Both the position numbers and the translations under genes were made by a program. A DNA stretch of 64,000 nucleotides from assembly GCA_020137815.1 (NCBI GenBank), contig CM035355.1:4030001-4094000 (forward strand), in the 5' to 3' direction. The DNA comes from Hormiphora californensis (Eukaryota > Animalia > Ctenophora). This document shows positions 48,173 through 61,574 of the stretch, piece after piece; positions within the stretch are counted from its first letter, which is position 1, and every line of letters starts with the position of its first letter. The notes beneath the pieces were generated by a model. It did not search any database and had not been told where the DNA came from. It saw nothing but the letters and a program-made list of their open reading frames with translations.

Positions 48173-51100
48173 ATGTCAGAAGCAGTAGTGTTGAGAGCGT
48201 GGAGGGAGAGGTGGGGTGAGGATAGATGGTTAAAGGATATAATATCCAGTAACATGGACGGAGCTGCATTTGCTGGTGAGTATTCTGAGTATTCTAAGGC
48301 TTGTACTCAATGAGTACAATGCACAGATGGACACAGGCGACTCACTGAGTACACTATACAGATAGACACAGTACCAGGCAACTCAAAAGATGAAAGACCT
48401 TCGTTCAAAGAGAGACTCTGGGACAGTTCTATTTCATTTTGTATTGTCAATTCCCCCTTATAAGATCCCTTTCCCCTTTTTAAAAAAATAAGATCCCATT
48501 CCCCGCAGATAGTATACTAAGTTTATTACTGGTTGGCACCACTCCAAACCCTCAACTGGCCCGCTATCTAGAACTATCCCTCTCTTCCGGGGCACTCCCT
48601 GTATGTCAATTCATAAAGACTGTTCATGAAAAGGTGAAGGCAGAACCTCTTCCATTTTACAACTGTCTTGTATCCTGTCTTTCCAGTCACACCGCTACTA
48701 TCAGGTAAAGAGGGGGACTAGCAACCTTGCAAAGGACACAATATTTCTTCCCCTCTCCCTAACCCTTGCCTTGCTCTACCCTGTTTCACCGCACCCTGTA
48801 CGGGAAATATCTTTTCAAATGTTAGAATATAACAACCTCACTCTCCCACTCCCAGTGATGAGGCCGATGCAAGTGACCCCTCGAAACTGCCCAGTGTGCT
48901 ACTGGCCCTAGTTGAATGGCTGGTTCGAATTGAAATACACGCCATGAAACAGCTTTCATTCGGTAGGTACTGCAGTTGCCCGCGGTAAATCTGCTAACAG
49001 ATATGGTCCCCTTGGAACATCAATGTAACGCGCGGGAACACACGACTAGCAATATCAGCGCACACAGTACCTCCCTGCCATTGTGCCTTGATTTTAGCCG
49101 GCAAAAACTAGCAATATCCCCCCCCCCCCCCCCCCCCTAGATCAGATGTCAAATGCCATTTGACAAATGGGCAAACCAAACTAGCAATAACCGATAACTG
49201 GTTGTCATTTGAGTCCTGAAAAACTCCTGTAACAGTTTATTTAACCGGTGTTTTCCTCCAACAGAATCAGAGGAGGAATGTATCTCGCTTTTTAAGGGGT
49301 GTACAGAAATAATGAACCAAATCTGTGATTCAGTCCTTCTGAGGTCCCTGGCTCCCCTATACAGTGCAGCAAAGTGGCAGAATCTTAGTGTAACTGCTGA
49401 CCAAAATATCCAAATACCGTGTGATGCATGTAAGTGGCTTGTGAATTAACTAATTAACATGTAATTAATCTGGAAACAGTGATCGGTCATTGATCCAACA
49501 AATTAATCCCTTATTTTCAGGTTCTGACACCGGTAAAAAGACTCTGGCGGGCTGTGTTATATCCCTGGTGAGATCTCTAGAGAGTATCGGGGGTAGCACT
49601 GATAAACAAACCCTGAGACACCATGTGTTCAACTTGCCATGTAGACAGCTGTTGTATCAAGATATATTACAGCAGGGGCGGATCTGTACAACTGAGTTTA
49701 TTAACAAGATGGCCTTTCATTACAGGTACTTTAAGTTCTACTTTTGAAAATGTGGTTACTGCCCATTTTAATTGGACTGAGCCATTTCCAGTCATTCCCT
49801 TTAGTTTGATGGGTTTCGCGTCCTATACCAAATTATTATTACCCCTCTGTGAGCCATAACAGAGGGGTAATTTCATTACCAATACCAAATTGAACAGACC
49901 TGTGTCTTGCCTGTTTCTTTTCATAACTCTCCCCCACACAGGTGTAGTGTGGAACAGGTCTGCCTGGAGCTAGGCAAATCCCATCTGACACTAATGGCAT
50001 CAGATAGTGCGTGCCGGGAGCCCATTCTAGCCCTTCTACTCTACAAATATCCAACCCTCCTATCCGACACCCTTCCCTCCTCCAAATCGTGTCGAGATGT
50101 GGTCACCCAACTTATCCAAGAGGAACCCCTTTGGAACAAAGTGGCCTCATCAGGGGGCCCCGATTGGAACATTTCTCTCCCCTTCCTCCAAGCTATCCTA
50201 ACCCACAAGGTCATAACTACAGAGATATTTGAGACCCTGAAAACCTCGCTCCCCACTGAGGGGACTGGTATTTGCGCAGTGTTTGACCGGGCATCCCAAC
50301 TTCTGACGGAGACAATTGAACTCTTTACTCGTTATACCGGGGAGGCTCAATTCATTGCCGGTATAGAAGGGGTATCCAGGGGCCACAAGAATTTCTGTGA
50401 GTTAGCAGATAGAATGTTCTATGTCGCACTGGCAAGGGGCCAGCTAAACACACTAATGAGTGGTGTTAGTGATGTGATAGACAGTGTCAGTGAGGCATCT
50501 ACAGACGAACAGTCTCGATCAGCTGTGTTTGATATTTCCTGTCTGCTCCTCGTTAGGTGTACAATGATATTCGGGGCCCAGGTTGTGCCGCAATCTGCTG
50601 TCTTTGGTAGGTGGTTGGGGTCTCACTCCTGTGGTATGTATAGTCCCACCCTTCCCATCCTGCCACTAACTCGACCTGTTGTGGCGGAGTCTCACCAGAG
50701 GAACGTGGACTGTTTGGTTCAGTTTTTGTCGAGTACAAGTGAACGAAATGTAGATACAAGTTCATTCAAGAATCTTATAATAGCCTTCCCTGACGCATTA
50801 CGAGATACCATGCAGGCTATAAAAACGAAGGTAACATTTTGTCAAAGTAACGAACCCGGTTAGTCAAAAATTGTTAACTCAAAAATCGTTTAGAATGTAG
50901 GAAGTGGGTGTTTAATTATTTCACTTTCTCGCAGGTTATTCTAGATGAAACATTCAAGGAACAAACTTCAAAGTTTAGAGATTTACTGCTAGTGCCCGTG
51001 TTTGTGGCAATTCATTGGCTGATTCACTTCAGTGAAACTGTAGAGGAGGATCTCCGGCATGTGGTTAGTGTTACCATGGTTACCATGATGTGGTTAGTGT

Positions 51101-53257
51101 AACCATGGTTACCACAATGTGGTTAGTGTTACCATGGTTACCACAATGTGGTTAGTGTTACCATGGTTACCACAATGTGGTTGGTGTTATCATGGTTACC
51201 ACAATGTGGTTAGTGTTACCATGGTTACCACAATGTAGTTAGTGTTACCATGGTTACCACAATGTAGTTAGTGTTACCATGGTTACCACAATGTGGTTAG
51301 TGTTACCATGGTTACCACAATGTGGTTAGTGTTATCATGGTTACCACAATGTGGTTAGTGTTATCATGGTTACCACAATGTGGTCATTCAAACAATGAGA
51401 GATCCTTTTTTTTTTAATTCTGGTTGAAAAATTTGGTTTTACTCCTCCCCTTTCCGAAAAGAGAAGGGGATTATTTGATACTATCTTGTTATACCACACA
51501 AATATCTAACTTCATGTGTGTTTCAGTCGAAGTTAATGATGAAGCCCTTCCTAAAGAACGTCACACAGTACACCTCTACAATTCTACTGCAACAGAGGTG
51601 TGACCTCCTCCAAAAGGGGCTTCATGCCACTCTGAGTCTACATGATAAGAAGAAGCTGGTCAAGAAGTCGTTCTGGACATCAACTGTTGGTCCAGAGAGG
51701 GGCGTGGTGGAAACTGATAAGGCGTGGAAGGCACTCAGGTAACTGATCAAGTAGTTACCACTCCCTCTCTTATCAGTAACCATGGTTACCATTCCCCGTT
51801 TTTATTACATCTAGTAACCATGGTTACCACTCCCTCTCTTATCAGTAACCATGGTTACCATTCCCCGTTCTTATTACATCTAGTAACCATGGTTACTAAT
51901 TACTATTCCATATCTTATCAGTAACCATGGTAACCACCACTCTCTCTCTCCAGGAGAGCACCAACTCTGGACTGTCTATCGGAGCTTGGATTATTTGATA
52001 ATGTCTCGAACGTTGTGTCCGGGGCAGCACTGCAAGTCCTTTCCTTCCCAATAAATGATGACATAACTCATGGAGTGGTGGCTGGTGCTCTCTTTCTCCA
52101 GACCGACCCTAGATATGTTCCCTGGCTCTTTCAACACACAATACCAAGTAATTATACACGTCTAACTGACACTATCAATCCACCTTCAACACATGCATCC
52201 CTTTATCCAGGTTTATTGATAGATGGCCTGGCTCCCAAGTACAAGTCCTATATCTGGGCTTTATCTAAACTCGCCTTCATATCTATTGACTTGTACCTGA
52301 CGGGGGTCAATACGGCTGATCAGGAACATGCCCGGGTCAAGAGAGTTTGTGGTTCAGTATCTACTGATGATATTAGGTAATTAATAATAGCATTAGCTAG
52401 GTTAATTAGTTAACCTGGTCCTATGTGGTTTTATTGAGTAACATATATCCTATTGGGTACAGTGTCCCCTCTCTTTATGGGAAGGCCGAAGGGGGATCCC
52501 TAACTAAACGTATCACGCACGTGATAATATGAGAGAGACAGCGCAGGAAGATAGAAGAAGGGGGGATATCATACCCAATGTATCCTACAGGTGGGAGATG
52601 TTGAGGGAGCCACTATCAGTATTCTGGAGAAACATGACCACTCTCCTGCAGAAGGAGAGCGAGGAACTAGGCATTACTTTCATCTACCAGTTCTTTAACC
52701 GGTATGTGTGATTTATGGAGTTCCCCCTTATCCCCGATCTGCTTTCACAGAGAGAATATAACAGCTTGTTGCTGTCCTGTCTGATAGTTGCTGTCAGAGT
52801 ATTGGCCTGACTGCTGTCCCAACCTTGAAGGGCTGGTGTCACCGTCCGCGGCATCATAATGCCCACAGTGGCCCCCACTCCAAGTATTGGCCTGACCTTA
52901 TTAATATTATCATTTCTTTCGTTAGATCCGCGGTCACAGCTCAATGGCAGCTGGCAGTTGGTGACATGGACACCAGGCAATGGCACCAAGCCTGACAGCA
53001 GTGCGAACAGTGATTCCTCTTTCTTGACTGCCAATATCCCCCTGACACACCCCTCTTTTAGGTTTATCAAGTGCGCTCTAGAGACGGATAGAGATCGACT
53101 GAAGGAGCTGATTAGCGGTATTGGTCGAGATAGTCTACGGGATGGAGCTGCATTTATGGTCCGGAACGGGTCTGTCAAGGAGGGTCTCGCTCTGTTAGAG
53201 TTATCAGGGTCGGCACTGGATGAACAGGCCGCTGTTTTACAGACTGTGTTAGTGTGA
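48173..53257 (+). CDS. MED24: Mediator of RNA polymerase II transcription subunit 24, multi-exon
   Basis: N-terminus LRAWRERWGEDRW, exon 2 VGTTPNPQLARYL, and internal RSAVFDISCLLLVRCTMIFG match MED24 motifs (AWKERW, GPSPNP, RAALFDISFLML). Internal exon boundaries only partly traced. Confidence 0.85.
51061..51385. repeat. 29-bp intronic minisatellite (GTGGTTAGTGTTACCATGGTTACCACAAT)n, ~11 units
   Basis: Directly visible, beginning at a MED24 exon/intron boundary. Related GTAACCATGGTTAC repeats at 51750-51935. Confidence 0.9.
52453..52578. mobile_element. 126-bp Mutator-like MITE at the 3' end of a MED24 intron
   Basis: TTGGGTA...TACCCAA; 9-bp TSD TATATCCTA/TGTATCCTA. Confidence 0.75.
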
Positions 53258-53347
53258 AGTTGTGAATGAATAAAACACGATTATATTTTACACATTTTAT
53301 TTGTTTGACCAGTCAGAGTGCAAGTGTTGGAGTTTGACAGAATGAAG

Positions 53348-53456
53348 CAGGAACCGACCGAATCAAGAAATACTGGTCTCTGATTGGCTGATAACCAGTC
53401 ACGTGACCTAAATAACGAGTTCTGATTGGTTGTTTACTTGTTTCGGTCGGTTCCTG
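53348..53456. mobile_element. 109-bp hAT-type MITE
   Basis: TIR CAGGAACCGACCGAA/TTCGGTCGGTTCCTG; perfect 8-bp TSD GAATGAAG. Confidence 0.9.
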
Positions 53457-54397
53457 GAATGAAGTATATTATGAGCCTTGATTGTGCCTTGCAAGACTGC
53501 TATGAGAATTGTGTGTGGTATTGTTTAATACTTTTCCCATTTATTTCCCAGCTTGAAACCCCTGTGTATCAATATCATTGTTTTCAACAGTTCCTACTCT
53601 GATCTGGCCTGTATGGCGGCGCCATACCCCATTTGATTCTCAGTGCGCTCAGATGGGTCGCGGCGCCAGACAGGATCTGGCCTCCCTTGAATATCGAGGA
53701 TTGTCTCACAGAGACGTCCTAGCTTGGGGAATGGGATTATAAAATAGATGCAGTATCTGTCAGAGCATTGGCCTGACAGTGCAGTATGCACCTGACACCT
53801 CCCAGTCCCGCGAGTCGCGACAAAAAGTACTGCCAGAAAAGCCAGTATTGTCACTGGTACACTTTTCTTGCAGTACGTGTCGTAGCGGCCGGTGCATCTA
53901 TCAATCTATCATAATCCCCCAGCTAGACCCCGGGACGTCTCTGGGAGATATCACACGATGTGCTACTGCAAAGTAGGTCGTTACATCCACAAATCAGAGT
54001 AGGGACTGTTTTCGGTCGCGGTAGTGACATGTGTCACACAACCAGAACTTCTGAAGGAGTAATTCCGTTACCAAATGTTTCACCATGGTGCACCCAGTTC
54101 ATGGCCTCACAGCACTGTCCTGATCTTGAAGATTCGAATACAAAGGGGGAACAGGTGCAGCGACGGTATCGCCAGCATTTACATAGCTCCTAATTGTGTT
54201 TAGCATTCAGTTCAAACAATAAGGAGCTGTGATTCACAGCCATTCGTCTACTTCTACACTTCTTGATAACTGAACCCCCCCCCCCCCCCCCACTGAGTAT
54301 ATTATACCACCTCGATCTTTTGTTGAGTATATTCAACGACCTTTCTTTGAGCTACTGCAGTAGCGCCAGGTGCATACTCACATAGTGAGCATCCTGC

Positions 54398-54630
54398 CTC
54401 TGTGCCTCGAATAATAGGGTACCCCACGGAATACTTATACACACCTCGACAAGAGAAACAATGATCTGTAGAACTCTCGACCCACATGCCCATATATGCG
54501 CCATGCGGCATATTGTGAGGGCCAAGAGATCTACAGATCATCGTCCCTCTAAGAGAGACAATGATCTGTAGAACAAGACTTGTCGAGGTGTATAAGTATT
54601 CCGTGGGGTACCCTACTATTCGGCACAGAG
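54398..54630. repeat. Fold-back element with ~55-bp inverted repeats
   Basis: TAGGGTACCCCACGGAATACTTATACA...CCTCGACAAG versus CTTGTCGAGGTGTATAAGTATTCCGTGGGGTACCCTA. Confidence 0.7.
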
Positions 54631-55619
54631 AGAGTATACCAGTAGAACTGCATCATGCGTGGCAGGAGGCTCCAACCCCTATAATACATGTATACTCTGT
54701 CCTGTCAGTTTCTGGCGGCACCAAACCCCGTTTCGATTCTTGCGAGGGTGGTCTGGTTCAGATCGGGGCTGTAGACACCACTAACAGTTAGTGACTAACT
54801 TCATCACCCAATTACCAGAGAATTAAAACGAGATATCTGCCGTTAAAATGGCTCAATAGATAAGCACAAAACACAATCACGTGGCACAATCTCACATACA
54901 CACACGTGTTTGCAATAAGTTATTGCCAATAACACGTTGTTGTATCAAAATCCAGCTGTTGGAACACGCGGCGAAAAATTAAAAATCTGATCTTTCATAG
55001 AATACTATATAACGTCCTGCATAAACGGCTGTTATCTGTCGGCACGTCCGCAAAGACTAATTCAAAATAAAATGCAAGGGATCCCAACCACAACAGCCAC
55101 TCTCTGTCTCTCTATCTCTCTCTGTCTCTCTCTGGAGCTCTCTAGCGGCGACAGACCCCAATTTGATTATCAAAGCGCTACAGTGTGCTCAGACATGGGA
55201 TCCGCAACGCCATAGACAGCTCTGGAACAGCCTCAAAAGTCAAAAGTCAAATTGACTGTCAATTAGCTGTAACACATATTATGTAGCGACACACACTGAC
55301 AGTGAAACTGACATATACGAGGGGACGTAAAAATACTACTACATACTAACATAATAAATAGACAGAAATTTTAAAAACAACATCTGCTGGAATTGGCAGG
55401 GTTCCACTGAAACCGGTCACCTGTCACCAATTTGTTGAGTATACTACCCCTTATACTCCACAATCGCCAATACCATGGATACGTCATATCCGGTCTAGCA
55501 AGAAATATATTAGCAGAACACAACACACTAGCGCTCTATACTTTCTGCTTCTCTCTCTCTGTCTGTTAGCACCACAACCCAATATAATCATAATGATAAT
55601 GCAGTGTCTGAATCCCGGC

Positions 55620-58600
55620 CTATAACCTAATTGAACACGTATCACTAAAGGGTCCTTTGTAGCCATTTCCAGCTACAGCCCGTACTGCAAAATGGTAGGA
55701 GCAACCTTTGCTGAACTGGGAGAGTGTCACCGCCATGGGCATAGGTAGAGCCTTCACTGAGCCGACCTGAGGGAGAGAGAGGGTGTTAGGCATGTTTAAC
55801 ATGATATTAGACATGATCATTGACCAATGGCCATACAGTGAGGGAGAGAGAGGGTGTTAGACATGACAGTGAGCGGTATATGAGAGAAACAAATCAAGAT
55901 TGTTGTGTGCTGTTTGGGTGCACGACAGATGCAGGGTCTGCGGCGCCAGTGTCCCCCTTTAGATATGTAATTCTATTACTGGGGGTTTTGTTTTTTATAC
56001 TGTGTGATTGTACTAACCTCTGTCCAGCCACAGTTAACAGGTGGCGGTATGGGGCCCATAAAAGCGAAGAGCTCGTATCCCGTACATTTAGTTTCGTCCC
56101 CTGCTAGCGTCCACATGAGTTGAATATCACCGTTCACTAGGGACGCCCGTACCTGTGGGTAATGAGTCGTTTAGTGTTTACTAGGGACGCCCGTACCTGT
56201 GGGGAATGAGGCGTTATGAGTCGTTATGAACTAGAAAGATCCACCCGCTGCATCGGATTATATGGTATGGAACTAATCGAGATGCTAGCAATATAGCATT
56301 ACTTCACAGATCAAGTGAACAAGATCCACCGAGATGAGATCTACTGCACGTCAGTAATTTAATTGACGCCCCCATGTTTATCATGCCGCAATTGACAGTT
56401 ATGAATTGAATACTGTCAATTGCGGCAATTTGTCGCAATTGACAGTTGCCTGCAATAACGCGAGGGCGTGAATGATTGAGGTACGAATAATTATAGCAAT
56501 CATTAGAAGGAATATGACGTATTACATACCTTAGGTATGCAGTCTTTGATTGGGTTTTCACTACCTTCGTCCACCACTGACAGCGTAGTCTGATCTGTGG
56601 AGATTTCATGGGCCGTTAGGGAGAGATCAGAGGGTTTCTAAAAGAAGTTGCTTAGGTTGAATCATGCAGTAACCATGGTAACAGCTAGGTCCAGCTGTGT
56701 TAGTGTGTTACCCCTCCCAGTCCATACCTTTTATTTGGTTCATAGAGTGGATGGGAGCGGGAGAGAATGATATTGGTCCCATCCCTCCCCCAGGTTTGTT
56801 CTGTTGCAGTACTGAAACCTGGACCGGTGCCATGGGTATCGAATGGATGGGAGGTTGGGAGTGGCCCATGCCCTGCATGGATGCCACTGAGGTCACCATA
56901 CGATGTTTAGCTGCTGCTGCTGCCTGGTGAGAGGATGAGGTTATATTAGATTATTGGGGGTGAGGGGATCGGGGTACCGATACGGATCTTTGCCAAGCTT
57001 GGGCAAAACCATTTCAAGGAATAACAAAATCCAGATTTTACCTGTAATTGTGCTTGCTGGTGTTGTTGCTGTGCTTGTTGTTGTGAATGTTGTTGTTGTT
57101 GTTGTTGTTGTTTGATCATGGCTTGTTGCGCTCTAAACGAGTGTAGTTGGGCTAACTTCTCATTCTGCGGAGGAGAGATAATATGTTTAGTTATATTTCG
57201 TGTAACACTCTTTACACATGTATATCTGATAACTGGGTGTGTCTTATTATACAGGGGCACGTGCTTCTAACTCTACACTTTTCTTCCTCCTGTGCAGCTA
57301 GGCTCAGACTCTGAGTCAGAGCTAATCGTTAGGCTATAGTCCAATTCTAAATTACAAGTACGAACAATTCTACGATTCCTGATCTAGTTGTCTCACAAAA
57401 GACTGCCCTCTCCGAACCGTGAGGAGAGTTTTAATTACAGTCATATAGTGTTCAACTTCTGATCTAGAGAATCCTGGCAGAATTTAGAGATTATCGAGAT
57501 CTAGAGCGAAACAAGCTCGTACCTGATGCATGTGTAACACACAAAACACGTACCTGATGCATTACTGATAGGTTTGTAGGTACTCCCTGGGGGAATGGGG
57601 ACACTTTAACAGGAGCTACCGGTCCTTGAGGTACTGGGGTGGGGCGCTGAAATCCGATTGGGTACTGAAAAACACGATGGGGTTGAATCATTGGACATTG
57701 ATGTACCTGCTTCTTCGGACCCCGACTGTCTCCCTAATACTAGTTCCTTATTAGTTGGCCAAGGGCCCCTACAAATCCCTCAACTACCCCCAAATCCTAC
57801 AAAAACACCAACCTGTTTTTTGGGTGACACGATGGTAGGAGGTCCCACACTGGGGTTGACTGTAAAAGATTTGAACTGGTTGTTAATATCAGGGTTTCCA
57901 AATACAAAGGATAGAAGTCCTGCTGCAGTAGCACGTGCAGACTCGTACAGATTCTGTGGATCTGAAATACACGTACATTTTAAACGCACAATAGATAGAA
58001 ACTGGCTAGAAACTCCAGGAGTCCTAGAGTAATGTGTTTTTGGGCTACCTATAGAAGTAGACATGACGGTCTATGTCCTAGAGTCCTAAGCAGTCTTTGG
58101 TGTGAAGACACACACAGTGAAGAATAAACTTACCCTCATATTTAGCTGGAATCTTTGGCACCCCACCAGCGAGTGGAGAGGGGCTGGCAGGTGGATGAGG
58201 GGCCCCGGTACCCTGTTCACCCGGTCCTACTCCATCCTTTGTACCAATCATAGCAAGAAGGGTCTGCGTTCCAGTGTTCTTACTCCTCAAATACCTCCAC
58301 CCAGTTGTAGTACCAAGACCAGCCTGGCTACCAAAATCAACTTTGGTTATTGGTGGGTTCCGGGGTTCTGAGAAGTCATGTTGTGTCACGAGGTGGGAAA
58401 TGAAGTCCTCGCCCGGACCAACCAGTTTCTTGCATCGGGGACAGTTTATACCGATGGGCACCTAGGAAAGGGAATGGGGTTAATTTTTGACATGCAACGC
58501 AGTCTGTCCATTCGGCCCTTTAAGCGCCTCGGTGTGAGAGCTGGCAGACGAGGAACATGTCAAGTTAGTTTACTGCAATATTTCTAAATTCAGCTGGGAT

Positions 58601-59513
58601 TTGTTGAGTAACTGAGTTATACTCAACAACCTACTGAGAGGGCATCATGGGATTGTGAAACGCAAATCAACCTCATCCCCCTCCACATCTCTGTAGTAGT
58701 TAAACCACTAGACTGCCACTACATATATCATAACATGAACAGTTTACAGTAGCATAAATGCATGAAAGTCTAGCCATTTAATGATCACCTCTCCCTTTTA
58801 GAGGAAGTGACATTGCTCTATCTCTCTCACCACAAAAGTGGCATACATTTAGATAAGATAACTACAACATTTAACAGAGACAAGATTCTTCTCGATTTCT
58901 TCAAAATCTCGATCTCGATCTTTAGTTGTTACCTAAAGATCGAATCGAGATCGAACAAGAATCGCCGGTTCCTAAAAGATTCTTTACTTACTGATAGACT
59001 CTTTCCTCCGTCCTGCATTGAGAGTGGTGACGATACTGGTAGTGGCATTACCGGGTTGTTTTGTACTGAAGAAAGGGTGTGTGTTAGTTAATTATAGTCG
59101 TGTTTGAAGAGTACGGCCCGGGGTTGGTAGCTTAGCTACCCCCTTGCTAGTAACCAAGACCAAGGAAAGCCGAAAGGGGGAGTTTTGTTCGACTCCCCTA
59201 GATCAGTTATTATAGATCAAGGGTAGGGGTGCACTATCCAATATATGAATATGAAACGTATCCTACATAGCTATGTAGGATAAGCATAGGGGAGCTTTTG
59301 CTCTCTAAAGATGATCTCTATATCATGTGAAAAAGATCTTTCATTGTGTGAAAAAAAGATCTTTCAATGAACTCTGATCTGTTTCAGAGGTGTGATGGGT
59401 GGTACCCCACTTAACAACCCTGGGAATCATGCTGCTATTTTCGGTGAATATACCAGGGTTTTCGGGGAATAGAGAGTGGTGTGAGTATAGTATCATTACA
59501 CACGTCACACACT

Positions 59514-59558
<45 letters not shown>

Positions 59559-59587
59559 TGAGAGATAGAGAGAGAGAGAGATAGAAA

Positions 59588-59630
<43 letters not shown>

Positions 59631-59635
59631 AGAAA

Positions 59636-59717
<82 letters not shown>

Positions 59718-61574
59718 GAGAGAGAGATAGATAGAGAGATAGAGAGAGAGAAAGTGTGAGAGAAAGGCCTTTCTTTGCTGATGGTATGATGGTTTAAGAA
59801 AAAGACCATCGGCAAAGTACACAGACACAAAGGGAAGACGGGGGAAGTGAGATAGAAATAGCCCTGGACTCAAGAAAGTGTTTCCACCAAGAGGGAGAGT
59901 TAACGACTAAGAAGCATGAATTTCATTTGAGCACCAAGCAGAACTGGGTTGCGAGAAACACACACACAACTTTCAAAAACACATCAGAGAGTACCCTCTG
60001 AACAGTGCAATTGCAGTTCTGGGAGTTCTACGGGTTTAATCCGTTAAAAAAATGAGAGGAACACGACTGTGCGGGTGTACCATTATAGTGTTGTGTTGGC
60101 ACACGGAGAATATGGGAGAGGGACACAACAAGAGTGGCTTCACAATCCACCACTCCTGGTACACCACGCACGGGTTTAATAGGGCACCAGCTACTGATGA
60201 ATTTTAAAATATATATGGACTCTCCATAATGGATTCTCTTTTACAACTTACAGTGTTGGAATCCAGGTGTCCGTTTAGATCCATTATTTCCAGGGGGTGT
60301 AAATCCACCTCCAGTCCCGTTCAGTAGGTGATGAGGGCTAGATCCGGGTGGTAGACCTGGTACTGCTCCAGCCGGTTGTTGACCCATTGATTGGTTAACT
60401 ATCACCTGGGTAGAAGGGGTGTTGGTCAGTCAGGGAGTGGGAGGGGTGTTGGTCAGTCAGGGAGTGGGAGGGGTGTTGTTGATTAAGGGAGTGGGAGGGA
60501 TACTGTGAGATATACTATAGATGGTTGCTGAGGGGTTGCGATACTGGGAGATTTACACCACTGTGCCTTCTAGACAGATGAATATATTGCACACTTCATC
60601 TACCGAATCCTCACAGAGCGCGAAATAAAATGACGGTGTCGGGTGTGAGCAGCACAAATAGGGACTTGTTGATAATAGTAAAACACGAGTAATTTTGGTA
60701 CATGGATATTAGTGGTTTCAGTTTTATCATAACACGTGTGTTTCTGTGAAATCTAACCTGTGTTAGAAGAGACTCAATGAGAGCGAGACTGAGGGCTGGT
60801 GCCTGACCATTCTCCTGGGGACTTAACATGCTCGGTGTCAGTGGAGGTCCGCCAGATGGCGGGGCTGTTGGGGGCCTCTGGAGCCCATAGTGGCCCTGCT
60901 GCTGCTGGTGGTGATGTTCCATGTTGGATAGAGATGGGGGGAGGGGTACTGAGAGTGGTATGGGTGCAGACAGGGACATTGGCATCGAACTGGCTATCGA
61001 ACTTGCTATCATGTGGGCGTCCTGGGGGTAGAATTAGGGGTTAGGGGCGTCCTGGGGGTAGAAGTAGGGGTTAGGGGCGTCCTGGGGAATTAAGAAATTA
61101 GGAGAAGTTTTATATCCATAAAAGGATAAAAATTGACATGATCATATCCAGTGGTTGTTGTTTGTGCCTCCCACTTCCAACCCACATGGCTGTTTCATGG
61201 TCCAGCGTGACCAGATCATCAATCCGTTATGATGAGATCAAGATTCATACGGTCATATCTAATTTAGATTCTAAAGGTTGTCCTGTCAGGGATCATATCT
61301 AAATCTGCAGAGCACCCACCTTCAGTAATTGTTGCTGCTGCATTTGTTGAACTTGATGTTGTTGTTGTGCTTGTTGATGTTGCTGCTGGATTTGTTGAAC
61401 CTGCTGCTGCTGAACTTGTTGTTGCTGTTGCTGTTGTTGCGTTTGTTGATGTCCTCTATCAATATCGCCCTCATCTATCACTGTTTCTGTTGTCTCGTGT
61501 TGGGAGGGTGGCCCTGACCCTCCGTTGTTCTGATCCTGTTGCTGGTATTGTGATGGAGAGGAGGTTGAGCTCAT
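55620..61574 (-). CDS. ATF7IP: ATF7IP/MCAF1/Windei-like chromatin cofactor: Gln/Pro-rich, C-terminal FNIII domain; multi-exon, start uncertain
   Basis: Last exons ...GYELFAF...W|VGSVKALPMPMAVTLSQFSKGCSYHFAVRA...GPF match the ATF7IP FNIII signature VKALPLPMACTLTQF. Upstream polyQ exons with GT-AG boundaries; their linkage to the FNIII exons is inferred. Confidence 0.8.
59513..59765. repeat. (GA)n microsatellite
   Basis: Directly visible. Confidence 0.95.

Noticed and set aside
51061-51385. CRISPR-like array of palindromic 29-bp repeats
   Set aside because: No unique spacers, no cas genes, located in a eukaryotic intron.
59115-59202. tRNA/SINE-like sequence ending GTTCGACTCCCC
   Set aside because: Could not build acceptor, D and anticodon arms; no tail or TSD.
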